Origin: Candidatus Nanopusillus sp.
GTDB lineage: Archaea; Nanobdellota; Nanobdellia; Nanobdellales; Nanobdellaceae
Length of the DNA: 32,000 nt
Assembly: GCA_028276785.1 (NCBI GenBank)
Contig: JAPYVP010000001.1
Location: 35,401 to 67,400 of the forward strand
Direction of reading: 5' to 3'
How positions within the stretch are numbered: the stretch's first letter is position 1; each line of letters begins with the position of its first letter. Positions 22,696 to 31,952 of the stretch are shown here, one piece after another. The position numbers and the translations under genes were made by a program. The notes under the pieces are model-generated. The model had not been told where the DNA came from, searched no databases, and worked only from the letters and a program-made list of their open reading frames with translations.

Positions 22696-24498
22696 ATGGC
22701 ATATGAGGTTTATATAGATAGTATTTTTGTTGGATATGTTGATGACGCTAATAAGTTTATTGAAGAATTTAAGGAAAAAAGAAGAAAAGGTATTATTCCA
22801 TATTTTGTAAATATACATTTTGATGAAACAAGAAATGTTATAGAAATATTAACAAGAAAAGGAAGGATTTTAAGACCTTTAATTGTAGTAAAAGATGGCA
22901 AACCATTATTAAAAAAGGAACATATTGAAAAATTAAAGAAGGGGGAAATAAAGTGGTCTGATCTAGAAAAAGAAGGTATAATCGAATGGGTTGATCCTGC
23001 TGAGGAGGAAAATTTAAATGTTGCATTATATCCAGAAGACATAAAAGAAAATACAACCCATTTGGAGTTATCTTCTTTAGTAATATTTAGTATAGCCACA
23101 TCTTTAGTTCCATTTTCAAATAGAAACCAATCTGCAAGATTAAATAGAGGTGTTAGACCACAGAGACAGGCTCATGCTATATATTCTTTAAACTTCCACA
23201 ATAGATTTGATACTGATATTTCAATATTATATTATCCACAGCACCCGATTACTAGAACATTTTCTTTTAACATATTTAAGGATGATTATGCAATAGGACA
23301 AAATGTAATTGTTGCTGTAATGACACAAGAAGGATATAATATTGAAGATGCAATTATCATGAATAAAGGTTCAATAGATAGGGGTTTATTTAGATCTGTA
23401 TATTTTAGATCTTATGAAATAGAAAGATTAAGATATTCTGGGGGATTACAAGACGAAATTACAATTCCAGATCCTTCAGTGGAATTATATAGAGGTAAGG
23501 ATAAATATAAAAATTTAGAAGAAGATGGAATTGTTGCTGTTGAATCTTTTGTAAGATCTGAAGAAGTCATTGTTGGAAGAGTATCACCCCCAAGATTTAT
23601 TGGTTTAACTTCCGAATCTATTGCAACAGGTTTAAGAAAAAAAGATTCTTCATTAACTACTGGTAGCGGAGAAGAGGGATGGGTAGACAAGGTCGTAATA
23701 ACAGAATCTGATGATGGAAATTTGTTAGTTAGGATAAAATTAAGAGATCTAAGAATTCCAGAACTTGGGGATAAATTTTCTGTAAGACATGGACAAAAAG
23801 GTGTTTTGGGAATGATTGTTGATCCATCGGATATGCCATGGTCTTCTTCTGGTCTTGTTCCAGATATAATATTTTCTCCTGCTGGAATTCCTTCAAGAGA
23901 AACTGTTGGTTTATTATTAGAATTACTTGCTGGAAAAGTTGGAAGTTTGAGTGGAAGATATGTTGATGGAACTCCTTGGTATGGGGAAAGTGAAGAAGAA
24001 TTAAGGAAAGAATTATTATCTTTAGGATTTAGAGAAGATGGAACAGAAACATTATATAATCCTTTAACTGGAGATGAATTTAAAGTTAAAATATTTATTG
24101 GAAGTATATATTATTTAAGATTAAAATATATGGCAAAGAATAAATTACAAGCAAGAGCAACAGGTCCTGTTACATTATTAACGAGACAACCAACAGAGGG
24201 TAAATCAAAGAAAGGTGGTTTGAAATTTAGTGAAATGGAACATGAAGTTCTTGCTGCTCATGGTGCTTCTATATTATTAAGAGAAATGTATTCTTCTGAT
24301 GATACAACCATTTATGTTTGTGAAAAATGTGGTTCTCTTGCTGTTGAAGATAATATAAGAAACAGAGTTTATTGTCCTATTTGTGGTGAAACTGAAAAAA
24401 TATCAAAAGTTAAAGTTTCTTATGCATTTCATTTATTATTAAATGAATTGATCTCTCTTGGAATTTGGCCCAAGCTTAAGTTAGATTACAAATTTTGA
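22696..24498 (+). CDS. rpoB1: DNA-directed RNA polymerase subunit B' (C-terminal half of split subunit B)
   Basis: FSNRNQSARL, GYNIEDAIIMNKGSIDRGLFRS, GDKFSVRHGQKGV, SRETVGLLLE, GGLKFSEMEHEVLAAHGA and C-terminal zinc ribbon CEKCG...CPICG. Confidence 0.93.
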   Translation: MAYEVYIDSIFVGYVDDANKFIEEFKEKRRKGIIPYFVNIHFDETRNVIEILTRKGRILRPLIVVKDGKPLLKKEHIEKLKKGEIKWSDLEKEGIIEWVDPAEEENLNVALYPEDIKENTTHLELSSLVIFSIATSLVPFSNRNQSARLNRGVRPQRQAHAIYSLNFHNRFDTDISILYYPQHPITRTFSFNIFKDDYAIGQNVIVAVMTQEGYNIEDAIIMNKGSIDRGLFRSVYFRSYEIERLRYSGGLQDEITIPDPSVELYRGKDKYKNLEEDGIVAVESFVRSEEVIVGRVSPPRFIGLTSESIATGLRKKDSSLTTGSGEEGWVDKVVITESDDGNLLVRIKLRDLRIPELGDKFSVRHGQKGVLGMIVDPSDMPWSSSGLVPDIIFSPAGIPSRETVGLLLELLAGKVGSLSGRYVDGTPWYGESEEELRKELLSLGFREDGTETLYNPLTGDEFKVKIFIGSIYYLRLKYMAKNKLQARATGPVTLLTRQPTEGKSKKGGLKFSEMEHEVLAAHGASILLREMYSSDDTTIYVCEKCGSLAVEDNIRNRVYCPICGETEKISKVKVSYAFHLLLNELISLGIWPKLKLDYKF

Positions 24499-27167
24499 TG
24501 ATGAAAGATATATTCTTCAAAAAGATTTCTGAAATTCAATATTCTTTATTAAGTCCAGATGCGATAAGAAAGATGTCTGCAGCAAAAATAATCGTATCAG
24601 AATTATATGATGAAGATGGAACCCCGATAAGGGGTGGGTTGATGGATTTAAGATTGGGAGTAGTAGATCCAAGTTATGTATGTGAAACATGTGGAAAAAC
24701 TGCAGGAAAATGTTTGGGTCATTTTGGTCATATTGAATTGGCAAGACCAGTATTGCATCCCGAGTTTTTACCAATTGTTAAAGAATTAATAAATGCTGTT
24801 TGCCATAATTGTGGTCATGTAAAGTTAACTAAAGAAGAAAGGGAGTTTGCATTAAATAAAATAGAAAGATATAGAAATTCAAGAAGATGGAATAGATTAT
24901 TTAAATTTGTAATTAAGTTTGTATATTCAAAAGCTAAAAAAAGAACAAAATGTCCTATATGTGGATATGAAAATCCAAAAGTTGAATTTAAGAAACCATT
25001 TTATTTTTATGTTAAGGATAAGGAAAATGAAAGAAGAATGTATCCCGTCGAAATTAGGGCAATATTTGAAAAAATACCAAATGAAGATTTACCATTGATC
25101 GGATTTGATTCATCATCTAGACCAGAATGGATGATATTAACTGTTTTACCTGTACCTCCGGTAACAATGAGACCTTCGATAGTTTTGGAAACCGGTGAGA
25201 GAGCAGAAGATGATTTAACTCATAAATTAGTTGATATTGTAAGAACAAATCAAAGATTAAAGGAAGATATAACGACAGGAGCCCCACAAGTAATTGTAGA
25301 TGATATATATAATTTATTGCAATACCATATATTTACATATTTTAATAATACTTTACCAAACGTTCCAAAGGCTCAACATAGATCTGGAAAACCTTTAAAA
25401 TCATTGGTTGAGAGAATTTCTGGAAAAGAAGGTATAATTAGAAGATATTTGCTTGGAAAAAGAATAAATTATAGTTCAAGAGCAGTTATTACCCCAGATA
25501 CAAAGATAAGACCAAATGAGGTTGGAATACCGTTATATGTTGCAAAAACATTAACAGTTCCAGAAAGGGTTACTGAATGGAATATTGAAAAGATGAAAGA
25601 ATATATATTAAACGGACCTGAAAGATATCCGGGTGCAAATTATGTAATATCGCCAGATGGAAGAAAAAGAGTAATTACTGAAGAAAATAAAGAAACACTT
25701 GCTTCAATGATAGCACCAGGTTGGATTGTTGAAAGACATTTAATGGATGGGGATATTGTATTATTATTAAGATATCCTTCTTTACATAGATTGTCAATGA
25801 TGGGTCATTATGTTAAAGTACTTCCTGGAAATACTTTCAGGATAAATCCAATAATATGTAAACCTTATAATGCAGATTTTGATGGAGATGAAATGAACGT
25901 ATTTTTACCAAGAAGTGAGGAAGCAAGAGCAGAAGCAGAATTTTTAGCAGAAATATCAAATAATTATATTACTCCAAGGTATGGAGACTTTATTGTTGGT
26001 ATGATTCAGGAAATGATAACTGGACTATATTTGATAACACAAGATGATGTAAAAATACCAATTAATCAAGCCACACAGTTAATATATATGTCTAATGCTA
26101 ATGATAAAGATTTGGAGAAATTATCTAATATTATTAAAAAGGCAAAGGAGGAAGGAAGGGATTATCTAACTGGAAAAGAAGTTGCTTCAGTATTCTTGCC
26201 AAATGATCTTAATTTTGAAAATGATAAAATAAAAATAGAAAATGGAATGATAGTTAGGGGATATCTAGACTCAAGTTTAATAAAGGCGGAAAAGGGAAGA
26301 TTATTTGTTGTACTATATAAATTATATGGAAAGGAATATGTGACAGATTTATTACAAAAATATAGTTTATTAGGAATATATTATCAATACAATTTGGGAA
26401 TTACTATGTCTATTTCAGATTTTGATTTGCCTGAAGAGGCAAAAGAGGAAATAAGAAAGATAATAGAAGATACACAAAAGGCAATAGATGATTTATATAA
26501 ACAATATATTGAAGGAACTCTAGAAAGGATTGCTGGCAGAAGTTTAAAAGAAACATATGAATTAAAATCCATGCAGGCGGTATCTGAAAGTGTAACAAAA
26601 ATACAGGGTGTTCTTAGAAAATATATGAAGAAAGATACTGGTACATATATTATGTCTATAACTGGTGCAAGGGGTGATTGGCAGAATGCTGTTAAAATGG
26701 TGGGATCTTTGGGATTTCAAGCATTTAGAGGAGGATTTATAGATTTTGGTTATAGGGGAAGGAACCTATCAATATTTGAGAGAAATTTATACCATCCAAA
26801 ATATCATGGTTGGGTAATAAGTTCTTATAGAGATGGTCTAAAACCGTGGGAAATGTTCTTCCATGCATTACCTGGTAGAGATGCTTTAATGGATACTGCA
26901 ATAAGAACTGCTCAATCTGGATATTTCTATAGAAGATTGGTATTAAGTTTATATGATCTTCATGTAAATGATGATTTAACTGTTAGAGATGCTTATAATA
27001 GGATTGTACAATTTGTATATGGTGGAGACGGTGTTGCAGTACATAAGTCAATAAATGGAAAATTGGATGTAAATTTACTGGCCCAAATTTTAAAATCTTA
27101 TGTAGAAGATAATAAAAATGGAACTTCCAGAAAAAATAAAAAAGGATCTGGAAAAAATAGAAGATGA
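24498..27167 (+). CDS. rpoA1: DNA-directed RNA polymerase subunit A'
   Basis: CETCGKTAGKCLGHFGHIELARPV zinc site, NADFDGDEMN catalytic Mg motif, typical length. The track starts at TTG 24495; ATG at 24498 (TGATG overlap with the rpoB1 stop) is more likely. Confidence 0.92.
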   Translation: MMKDIFFKKISEIQYSLLSPDAIRKMSAAKIIVSELYDEDGTPIRGGLMDLRLGVVDPSYVCETCGKTAGKCLGHFGHIELARPVLHPEFLPIVKELINAVCHNCGHVKLTKEEREFALNKIERYRNSRRWNRLFKFVIKFVYSKAKKRTKCPICGYENPKVEFKKPFYFYVKDKENERRMYPVEIRAIFEKIPNEDLPLIGFDSSSRPEWMILTVLPVPPVTMRPSIVLETGERAEDDLTHKLVDIVRTNQRLKEDITTGAPQVIVDDIYNLLQYHIFTYFNNTLPNVPKAQHRSGKPLKSLVERISGKEGIIRRYLLGKRINYSSRAVITPDTKIRPNEVGIPLYVAKTLTVPERVTEWNIEKMKEYILNGPERYPGANYVISPDGRKRVITEENKETLASMIAPGWIVERHLMDGDIVLLLRYPSLHRLSMMGHYVKVLPGNTFRINPIICKPYNADFDGDEMNVFLPRSEEARAEAEFLAEISNNYITPRYGDFIVGMIQEMITGLYLITQDDVKIPINQATQLIYMSNANDKDLEKLSNIIKKAKEEGRDYLTGKEVASVFLPNDLNFENDKIKIENGMIVRGYLDSSLIKAEKGRLFVVLYKLYGKEYVTDLLQKYSLLGIYYQYNLGITMSISDFDLPEEAKEEIRKIIEDTQKAIDDLYKQYIEGTLERIAGRSLKETYELKSMQAVSESVTKIQGVLRKYMKKDTGTYIMSITGARGDWQNAVKMVGSLGFQAFRGGFIDFGYRGRNLSIFERNLYHPKYHGWVISSYRDGLKPWEMFFHALPGRDALMDTAIRTAQSGYFYRRLVLSLYDLHVNDDLTVRDAYNRIVQFVYGGDGVAVHKSINGKLDVNLLAQILKSYVEDNKNGTSRKNKKGSGKNRR

Positions 27168-28212
27168 AAAATTAAGGAAAGTTGTAGAAGATTTTTCATA
27201 CAAATTTATAATAGATCCGGGAGAACCTGTTGGAATAGTTGCTGCACAATCAATTGCGGAACCAACTACGCAAATGATATTGAGATCATTTCACTTTGTA
27301 GGTATATCTGCCCAGCAGGTTTCTTTGGGTTTGCCCAGAATTACAGAAATAACTGATGCAAAAAAGAAGATGAAAAGAAAATATATGATAATAAGGTTAT
27401 TGGATGAATATAAAAATGATTTGAATGTAGCTCAAAGTGTTGCAAAAAGGATAAAGGAACTATTATTAGAAGATATATTATCATCAATAACATTAGATGT
27501 ATTTGAAAATAAAATAATAATTAGCTTAGATAAAGAAAAATTGAAAAAAGAAGAATTAACATTTGATGAAGTATTTAGAATATTAAAAAAGAAAATAAAG
27601 AAATACAAGGTTGAAAATGACAAACAATATATATACATAACTGCTCCAAAATTATCTGCTAGGGAATTATACCTGTTTAAAGAAATGATAAAGAAAATAC
27701 TAATAAAGGGAATAAAAGGAATTAAGGATGTAACTATACATAAAGAAGATAATGAATATGTAATATATACTGTTGGATCTAATTTATTGGAAGTTATGAA
27801 AATACCAGAAGTAGATTATACAAAAGTATATACGAATGATTTAAGAGAAATAGAGAGAGTTTTGGGAATAGAAGCTACTAGAGCTGCTATATTACAAGAA
27901 TTAGTTAAATTATATGAGCAACAAGGTCTTAGTGTAAATGTAAGACATTTTATGTTGGTAGCAGACATGTTGACATGGTATGGTATATATTTAGGTATAA
28001 ATAGATATGGATTACATGCAGAAAAAGAATCTACATTATCAAAAGCAGCATTTGAAACACCAGTTTCTATATTTGTTAAATCTTCAATAATAGGACAGTC
28101 TGATAAAGTATTGAGTGGAATAGACAATGTCATAATGAATCAACCAATATATTTAGGTACTGGTTTATATGACATATATTTTGTAGGAAAGAAAAGGGAA
28201 GATAAGGAATAA
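27118..28212 (+). CDS. rpoA2: DNA-directed RNA polymerase subunit A''
   Basis: GEPVGIVAAQSIAEPTTQMILRSFHFVG, LGIEATRAAILQEL and ETPVSIFVKSSIIG. The listed ATG overlaps the rpoA1 3' end by 50 nt, and there is no later in-frame ATG before the conserved motif. Confidence 0.9.
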   Translation: MELPEKIKKDLEKIEDEKLRKVVEDFSYKFIIDPGEPVGIVAAQSIAEPTTQMILRSFHFVGISAQQVSLGLPRITEITDAKKKMKRKYMIIRLLDEYKNDLNVAQSVAKRIKELLLEDILSSITLDVFENKIIISLDKEKLKKEELTFDEVFRILKKKIKKYKVENDKQYIYITAPKLSARELYLFKEMIKKILIKGIKGIKDVTIHKEDNEYVIYTVGSNLLEVMKIPEVDYTKVYTNDLREIERVLGIEATRAAILQELVKLYEQQGLSVNVRHFMLVADMLTWYGIYLGINRYGLHAEKESTLSKAAFETPVSIFVKSSIIGQSDKVLSGIDNVIMNQPIYLGTGLYDIYFVGKKREDKE

Positions 28213-28238
28213 AAATATTTTTTATATAGATAAATTTT

Positions 28239-28511
28239 ATGGTAACGTTTGATGATTTAAGAAAGAAAATTGTTGATGAGAAAAAAATAATTATTGGATA
28301 TAATAGAACTTTGAAAATGATCAAAAGAGGAAAGGTAGAAAAAGTATTTTTAGCAAAAAATGTCCCAGAAAATATAAAAAAAGATATAGAATATTATCAA
28401 AAGTTGGAAAATTTTGAGGTAGAATTATTGAATTATTCAAATGAAGAAGTGGGTTTATTATTAAAAAAGCCATTTAAAATTTCTGTTATATCTATATTAA
28501 AGAATGGCTAA
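28239..28511 (+). CDS. rpl30e: 50S ribosomal protein L30e
   Basis: 90 aa. [39 protein letters not shown] fits the eL30/L7Ae-fold family. Occupies the canonical position after rpoA2. Confidence 0.85.
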   Translation: MVTFDDLRKKIVDEKKIIIGYNRTLKMIKRGKVEKVFLAKNVPENIKKDIEYYQKLENFEVELLNYSNEEVGLLLKKPFKISVISILKNG

Positions 28512-28932
28512 CGGATTATTTGCTGCTAAGAAATTAATTGAAAATAGAAAAAAATTTAGATGGAGTAAAAAAGAATGGAAAAGAAGAATATTGAAATTAA
28601 AGGAGAAATATGATCCTTTGGAAGGAAGTCCAATGGCATCAGGAATTGTATTAGAAAAAGTACAGATTGAAAAAAGACAGCCATATTCTGGAATGATAAA
28701 ATGTGTAAAGGTACAATTAAAGAAAAATGGAAAAATTGTTACAGCTTTTGCTCCAGGTGATAAAGCAATAAAATATATTGATGAACACGATGAGGTATTA
28801 ATAGTTGGAATAGGTGGACCAAAAGGAAGAACTATAGGTTCAATACCTGGAGTAAGATATAAAGTGGTATTGGTAAATGGACAACCTTTAGAACTATTAA
28901 GAAAGGGTAAGATAGAAAAAGCTAGAAGATAG
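28504..28932 (+). CDS. rps12: 30S ribosomal protein S12 (uS12)
   Basis: [50 protein letters not shown]...[13 protein letters not shown] is the archaeal uS12 pattern. 8-nt overlap with rpl30e. Confidence 0.92.
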   Translation: MANGLFAAKKLIENRKKFRWSKKEWKRRILKLKEKYDPLEGSPMASGIVLEKVQIEKRQPYSGMIKCVKVQLKKNGKIVTAFAPGDKAIKYIDEHDEVLIVGIGGPKGRTIGSIPGVRYKVVLVNGQPLELLRKGKIEKARR

Positions 28933-28957
28933 CTTTTACTTTTGAATATAATCTAAG

Positions 28958-28977
28958 TTGTTATTTTTTAATAACGA
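28958..28977 (+). terminator. Hairpin plus oligo-T tract downstream of rps12 (candidate terminator)
   Basis: GTTATT-TTTT-AATAAC perfect 6-bp inverted repeat (28960-28975), extendable by U-G and U-A pairs and containing a T6 run. Followed by a TATA-like ATTTATATAA about 25 nt upstream of the next ATG. Confidence 0.35.
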
Positions 28978-29015
28978 AAAACAATATTTATATAATTTTA
29001 CTATATAAAAAATAA

Positions 29016-29831
29016 ATGACATACAACTTATTGATGTCTTTGGGTTATTTTATTGGATTTCTAGTACTTGGTAGTGTAATAGGTTACTTTATTGGGTGGA
29101 TAGCATATAAGACATTAAACTGGTTGTTTGCAAAATATGTGAAAATAGAGAATGTATATGAAAAATTAAAGTCAACATTTAATAAAATGCCAGAGATAAA
29201 TGTAGCAACACTATTATCATATCTAGTAGGAATTATAGTAGGAATAGTGGTATTTAATAGTATATTGGCAATGGTCCCATACTTATTAACATCAACACAG
29301 TATTATTATATAGCCGATGTGTTAAGATTGACAATAATGGTTTCATCAACATTATTATTGATATCAATAGCTGTATTAATAATAACAGCTGGTGTAATAT
29401 TTTCAATATTCTTTACATCATATTTATACATATTAATTGAGGGATATAATGAACATGTAGCAGAATTATTGAAATTATTATTGTTCTTAGGATTTGTATG
29501 GATAATAACATATTCTTCTCTAGAATTATTAGGATTTCGATATACATTATTTGATAATATAATAGGCGTATTCGTAATATTGTCAATTGGATTAATTGTG
29601 ATGAAGTATATAACAGAACATGTAAGTGAAAATGAATATTATAAAAATGTAAAACCATTTATCCAAGTATTTATATACTCAATATTTGTTATATCATCTT
29701 TATCAGTATTAACTGTTGGATATTCAGATATTCCAGCAAGTATAAGAGGCATATTCGCATGGGGCTTTGTAATATTGTTCGTACTAACACTAATACCAGT
29801 ATTAATTAAGGCGATAAGGGAATCAGAATAA
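29016..29831 (+). CDS. Polytopic membrane protein of unknown function (271 aa, about 7 TM) inserted between rps12 and rps7
   Basis: Alternating hydrophobic helices (LGYFIGFLVLGSVIGYFIGWIAY, LLSYLVGIIVGIVVF, ...). Own TATA-like element at 28987-28995. No family recognised. Confidence 0.6.
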   Translation: MTYNLLMSLGYFIGFLVLGSVIGYFIGWIAYKTLNWLFAKYVKIENVYEKLKSTFNKMPEINVATLLSYLVGIIVGIVVFNSILAMVPYLLTSTQYYYIADVLRLTIMVSSTLLLISIAVLIITAGVIFSIFFTSYLYILIEGYNEHVAELLKLLLFLGFVWIITYSSLELLGFRYTLFDNIIGVFVILSIGLIVMKYITEHVSENEYYKNVKPFIQVFIYSIFVISSLSVLTVGYSDIPASIRGIFAWGFVILFVLTLIPVLIKAIRESE

Positions 29832-29862
29832 TTTTTTAATATATTCTTTAATATTATTTTTA

Positions 29863-30468
29863 ATGGTAAATAATATTAATGATTTGAAATTTCTCGGAAG
29901 ATGGAAATATGAAATAGATGTAGAAGATGAAACTTTAAGAGCATTTATGAATTTAAAGCCATATGTTGTTCCAAAGACAAATGGTAGATATCAAAATAGA
30001 AGATTTGGAAGAAGAAACATACCAATTATAGAAAGATTAATTGGTAGATTAATGACACCAGGTCATTATGGTGGAAAACATAAGTTTACATCATATTATG
30101 CTTCTGGAGAATATTATAAAGTATTAAAAATATTAATAAAAGCATTCGAAATAATTGAAAAAGAAACAAAACAAAACCCAATAAAAGTATTAACAAAGGC
30201 AATAGAAAATGCTGCTCCAAGAGAAGAAATAACAAATATAGAAATGGGTGGTGCAAGATATCCAAAAGCAGTGGATATTTCGCCTTTAAGAAGAATTGAT
30301 TTAGCAATAAGACATATTGTTTGGGGGGCATATCATAGTTCTAGAAATAAAAAAGATATGGCTGGTGCATTGGCAAGAGAAATAATAAATGCGTATAAAA
30401 ATTCTGTTGAATCTTTTGCGATACAAAAGAAATTGGAGTTGGAAAGGTTAGCATCATCTTCTAGATAA
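29863..30468 (+). CDS. rps7: 30S ribosomal protein S7 (uS7)
   Basis: IPIIERLIGRLM...NPIKVLTKAIENAAPREEITNIEMGGARYPKAVDISPLRRIDLAIRHI...AGALAREIINAY is the canonical archaeal uS7. Confidence 0.92.
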   Translation: MVNNINDLKFLGRWKYEIDVEDETLRAFMNLKPYVVPKTNGRYQNRRFGRRNIPIIERLIGRLMTPGHYGGKHKFTSYYASGEYYKVLKILIKAFEIIEKETKQNPIKVLTKAIENAAPREEITNIEMGGARYPKAVDISPLRRIDLAIRHIVWGAYHSSRNKKDMAGALAREIINAYKNSVESFAIQKKLELERLASSSR

Positions 30469-30476
30469 TTTATAAA
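30469..30476 (+). promoter_or_regulatory. TATA box candidate for pdaD (leaderless spacing)
   Basis: TTTATAAA centred about 26.5 nt upstream of the ATG at 30499. Confidence 0.45.
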
Positions 30477-30498
30477 TCATAAAGATATTTTTTATTTT

Positions 30499-30984
30499 AT
30501 GAACCCGCGGCGTCTAGTACCAAAAAAAGTTTTCTTTACTTCTGGTGTGGGTGTGGCGGATGACCCGCTATTAAGTTTTGAATATGCATTAAGGGATGCA
30601 AAGATAGAGAGGTTTAATCTAGTTTCTGTATCTAGTATAGCGCCACCAAATATAAAAATTATAGATATAGATGAAGGATTAAAATACTTAAAGACAGGTC
30701 AGGTTGTATTTTGTGTTCTATCAAGATTTACATCAAATGAAAAAGGTAGAGAAATATTTTCATCAGTTGGAGTGGCATTACCTAAAGATAAAAAATATAA
30801 TGGATATTTTACAGAATATCATGGATATTATACAGGAAAGGAAGAAGGATATGCAAAAAATATGGCAAGGAATATGTTAAAGTCCATACATAATATAGAA
30901 GTAGATAAGGAATTTGAAATATTCAAAAAAGCCACTGTAATAGATTATACAACAGTAATATCTGCTGCTATTTTCGTTTTATAA
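30499..30984 (+). CDS. pdaD: Pyruvoyl-dependent arginine decarboxylase proenzyme
   Basis: PKKVFFTSGVGVADDPLLSFEYALRDAKIERFNLVSVSSIAPP matches the PdaD family, including the self-cleaving Ser-Ser site context (NLV.VSSI.PP). 161 aa. Confidence 0.88.
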   Translation: MNPRRLVPKKVFFTSGVGVADDPLLSFEYALRDAKIERFNLVSVSSIAPPNIKIIDIDEGLKYLKTGQVVFCVLSRFTSNEKGREIFSSVGVALPKDKKYNGYFTEYHGYYTGKEEGYAKNMARNMLKSIHNIEVDKEFEIFKKATVIDYTTVISAAIFVL

Positions 30985-31007
30985 TTTTATTAATTATTTC
31001 TTCCAAT

Positions 31008-31835
31008 TTATTCAAATACTTTTTGATATATTTCTTTTAGTTGACTTGGGACAACATGTGTATATATCTGTGTAATATTTAATGAACTATGTCCAAGTAT
31101 TTCTTGTATATATCTTATATCAACACCTTTTGATAATAATGTTGTTGCAAGAGAATGTCTTAATACATGTGGGGTTACTTTTTTATTTATCCCTGCTTTC
31201 TTTGCAACATTCTTTATAATTCTTTCCACCTGTCTTGATGATAATGGAAATATATTTTCTGTATTTATTTTATTTATGTAATCCTTCAATTCATTTAATA
31301 ATTCCTTGGGTATTGGTATTATTCTTTCTTTTCCACCTTTTCCATATACTTTTACAAGACCTTCTTCAAAAATTATATCGCTCTTTTTTATTTTTATTAA
31401 TTCAGAAACTCTTACTCCGGTATAAAATAGGAACTTAATAATTAGTTTGTCCCTATAATTATCAGTATTTTCTAATAATTTATTTAATTCATCATATGTG
31501 ATAAATTTTGGCAATCTTTTATCTACCTTTGGAGCTTTTATTTGTTTTGCTAAACTTTCATTATCTAAAAATTTTAAAAATGATGATATAGCTCTAACAT
31601 ATAATCTTAATGAATTTAAATCTAATTTTTTCTTAACTTTTAATTCAGCTAAAAATTTTAGAATTAGATTCTTGTCTAATGAATCATTAATAGATTTTGC
31701 ATCTGTAATAATTATTCCATTATTTATTAGGAATTCTAAAAATTTCTTTATTATACCAGAATATGTTTTTATTGTGTTTTTAGATTTTCCTTGTATCTCT
31801 AACCATACTTTATATTCTTCAACGATTTCATTCAT
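31008..31835 (-). CDS. xerA: Tyrosine recombinase XerA (XerC/D-like)
   Basis: TGVRVSEL (Arg), HVLRHSLATTLL (H-x-x-R) and LGHSSLNITQIYTHV (His, Tyr nucleophile). N-terminal SAM-like core-binding domain. 275 aa. Confidence 0.88.
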   Translation of the reverse strand: MNEIVEEYKVWLEIQGKSKNTIKTYSGIIKKFLEFLINNGIIITDAKSINDSLDKNLILKFLAELKVKKKLDLNSLRLYVRAISSFLKFLDNESLAKQIKAPKVDKRLPKFITYDELNKLLENTDNYRDKLIIKFLFYTGVRVSELIKIKKSDIIFEEGLVKVYGKGGKERIIPIPKELLNELKDYINKINTENIFPLSSRQVERIIKNVAKKAGINKKVTPHVLRHSLATTLLSKGVDIRYIQEILGHSSLNITQIYTHVVPSQLKEIYQKVFE

Positions 31836-31895
31836 TTATATTTCAAAAACTTTGTGATATAAAAATTTTAAACCATAAAAATATTATAATTTTAT

Positions 31896-31949
31896 CCCTA
31901 CCTGCCATGCACTGGGGATATATGAACCAGTTCCTCCAGGTAGGGGAGA
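31896..31949 (+). ncRNA. Structured hairpin RNA, H/ACA-guide-like architecture (tentative)
   Basis: Perfect 9-bp lower stem CCCTACCTG (31896-31904) / CAGGTAGGG (31937-31945). Internal loop CCATGC / TCCTC. 5-bp upper stem ACTGG/CCAGT. Loop GGATATATGAA with GA...GA dinucleotides. AGA triplet 2 nt after the stem. GC-rich island in an AT-rich spacer. Confidence 0.3.
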
Positions 31950-31952
31950 ATA

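Noticed and set aside
24495-24497. TTG start for rpoA' as given in the ORF track (MMMK...).
   Set aside because: Two ATG codons follow immediately (24498, 24501). ATG at 24498 forms the common TGATG stop/start overlap with rpoB'. The difference is 1-2 residues and has no functional consequence.
31008-31835. Tyrosine recombinase as a marker of an integrated element, with the neighbouring pdaD and ncRNA region as a possible attachment site.
   Set aside because: The protein has the size and motifs of the chromosomal dimer-resolution recombinase XerA. No flanking direct repeats, tRNA gene, viral or plasmid genes or compositional break are visible nearby.
31896-31949. GC-rich hairpin as a tRNA, split-tRNA half or intron-bearing tRNA.
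   Set aside because: It folds as one long interrupted hairpin. There is no 7-bp acceptor/D/anticodon/T-arm layout and no GTTCRANNC T-loop flanked by a 5-bp stem on either strand. A tRNA-half origin cannot be tested without the rest of the genome.
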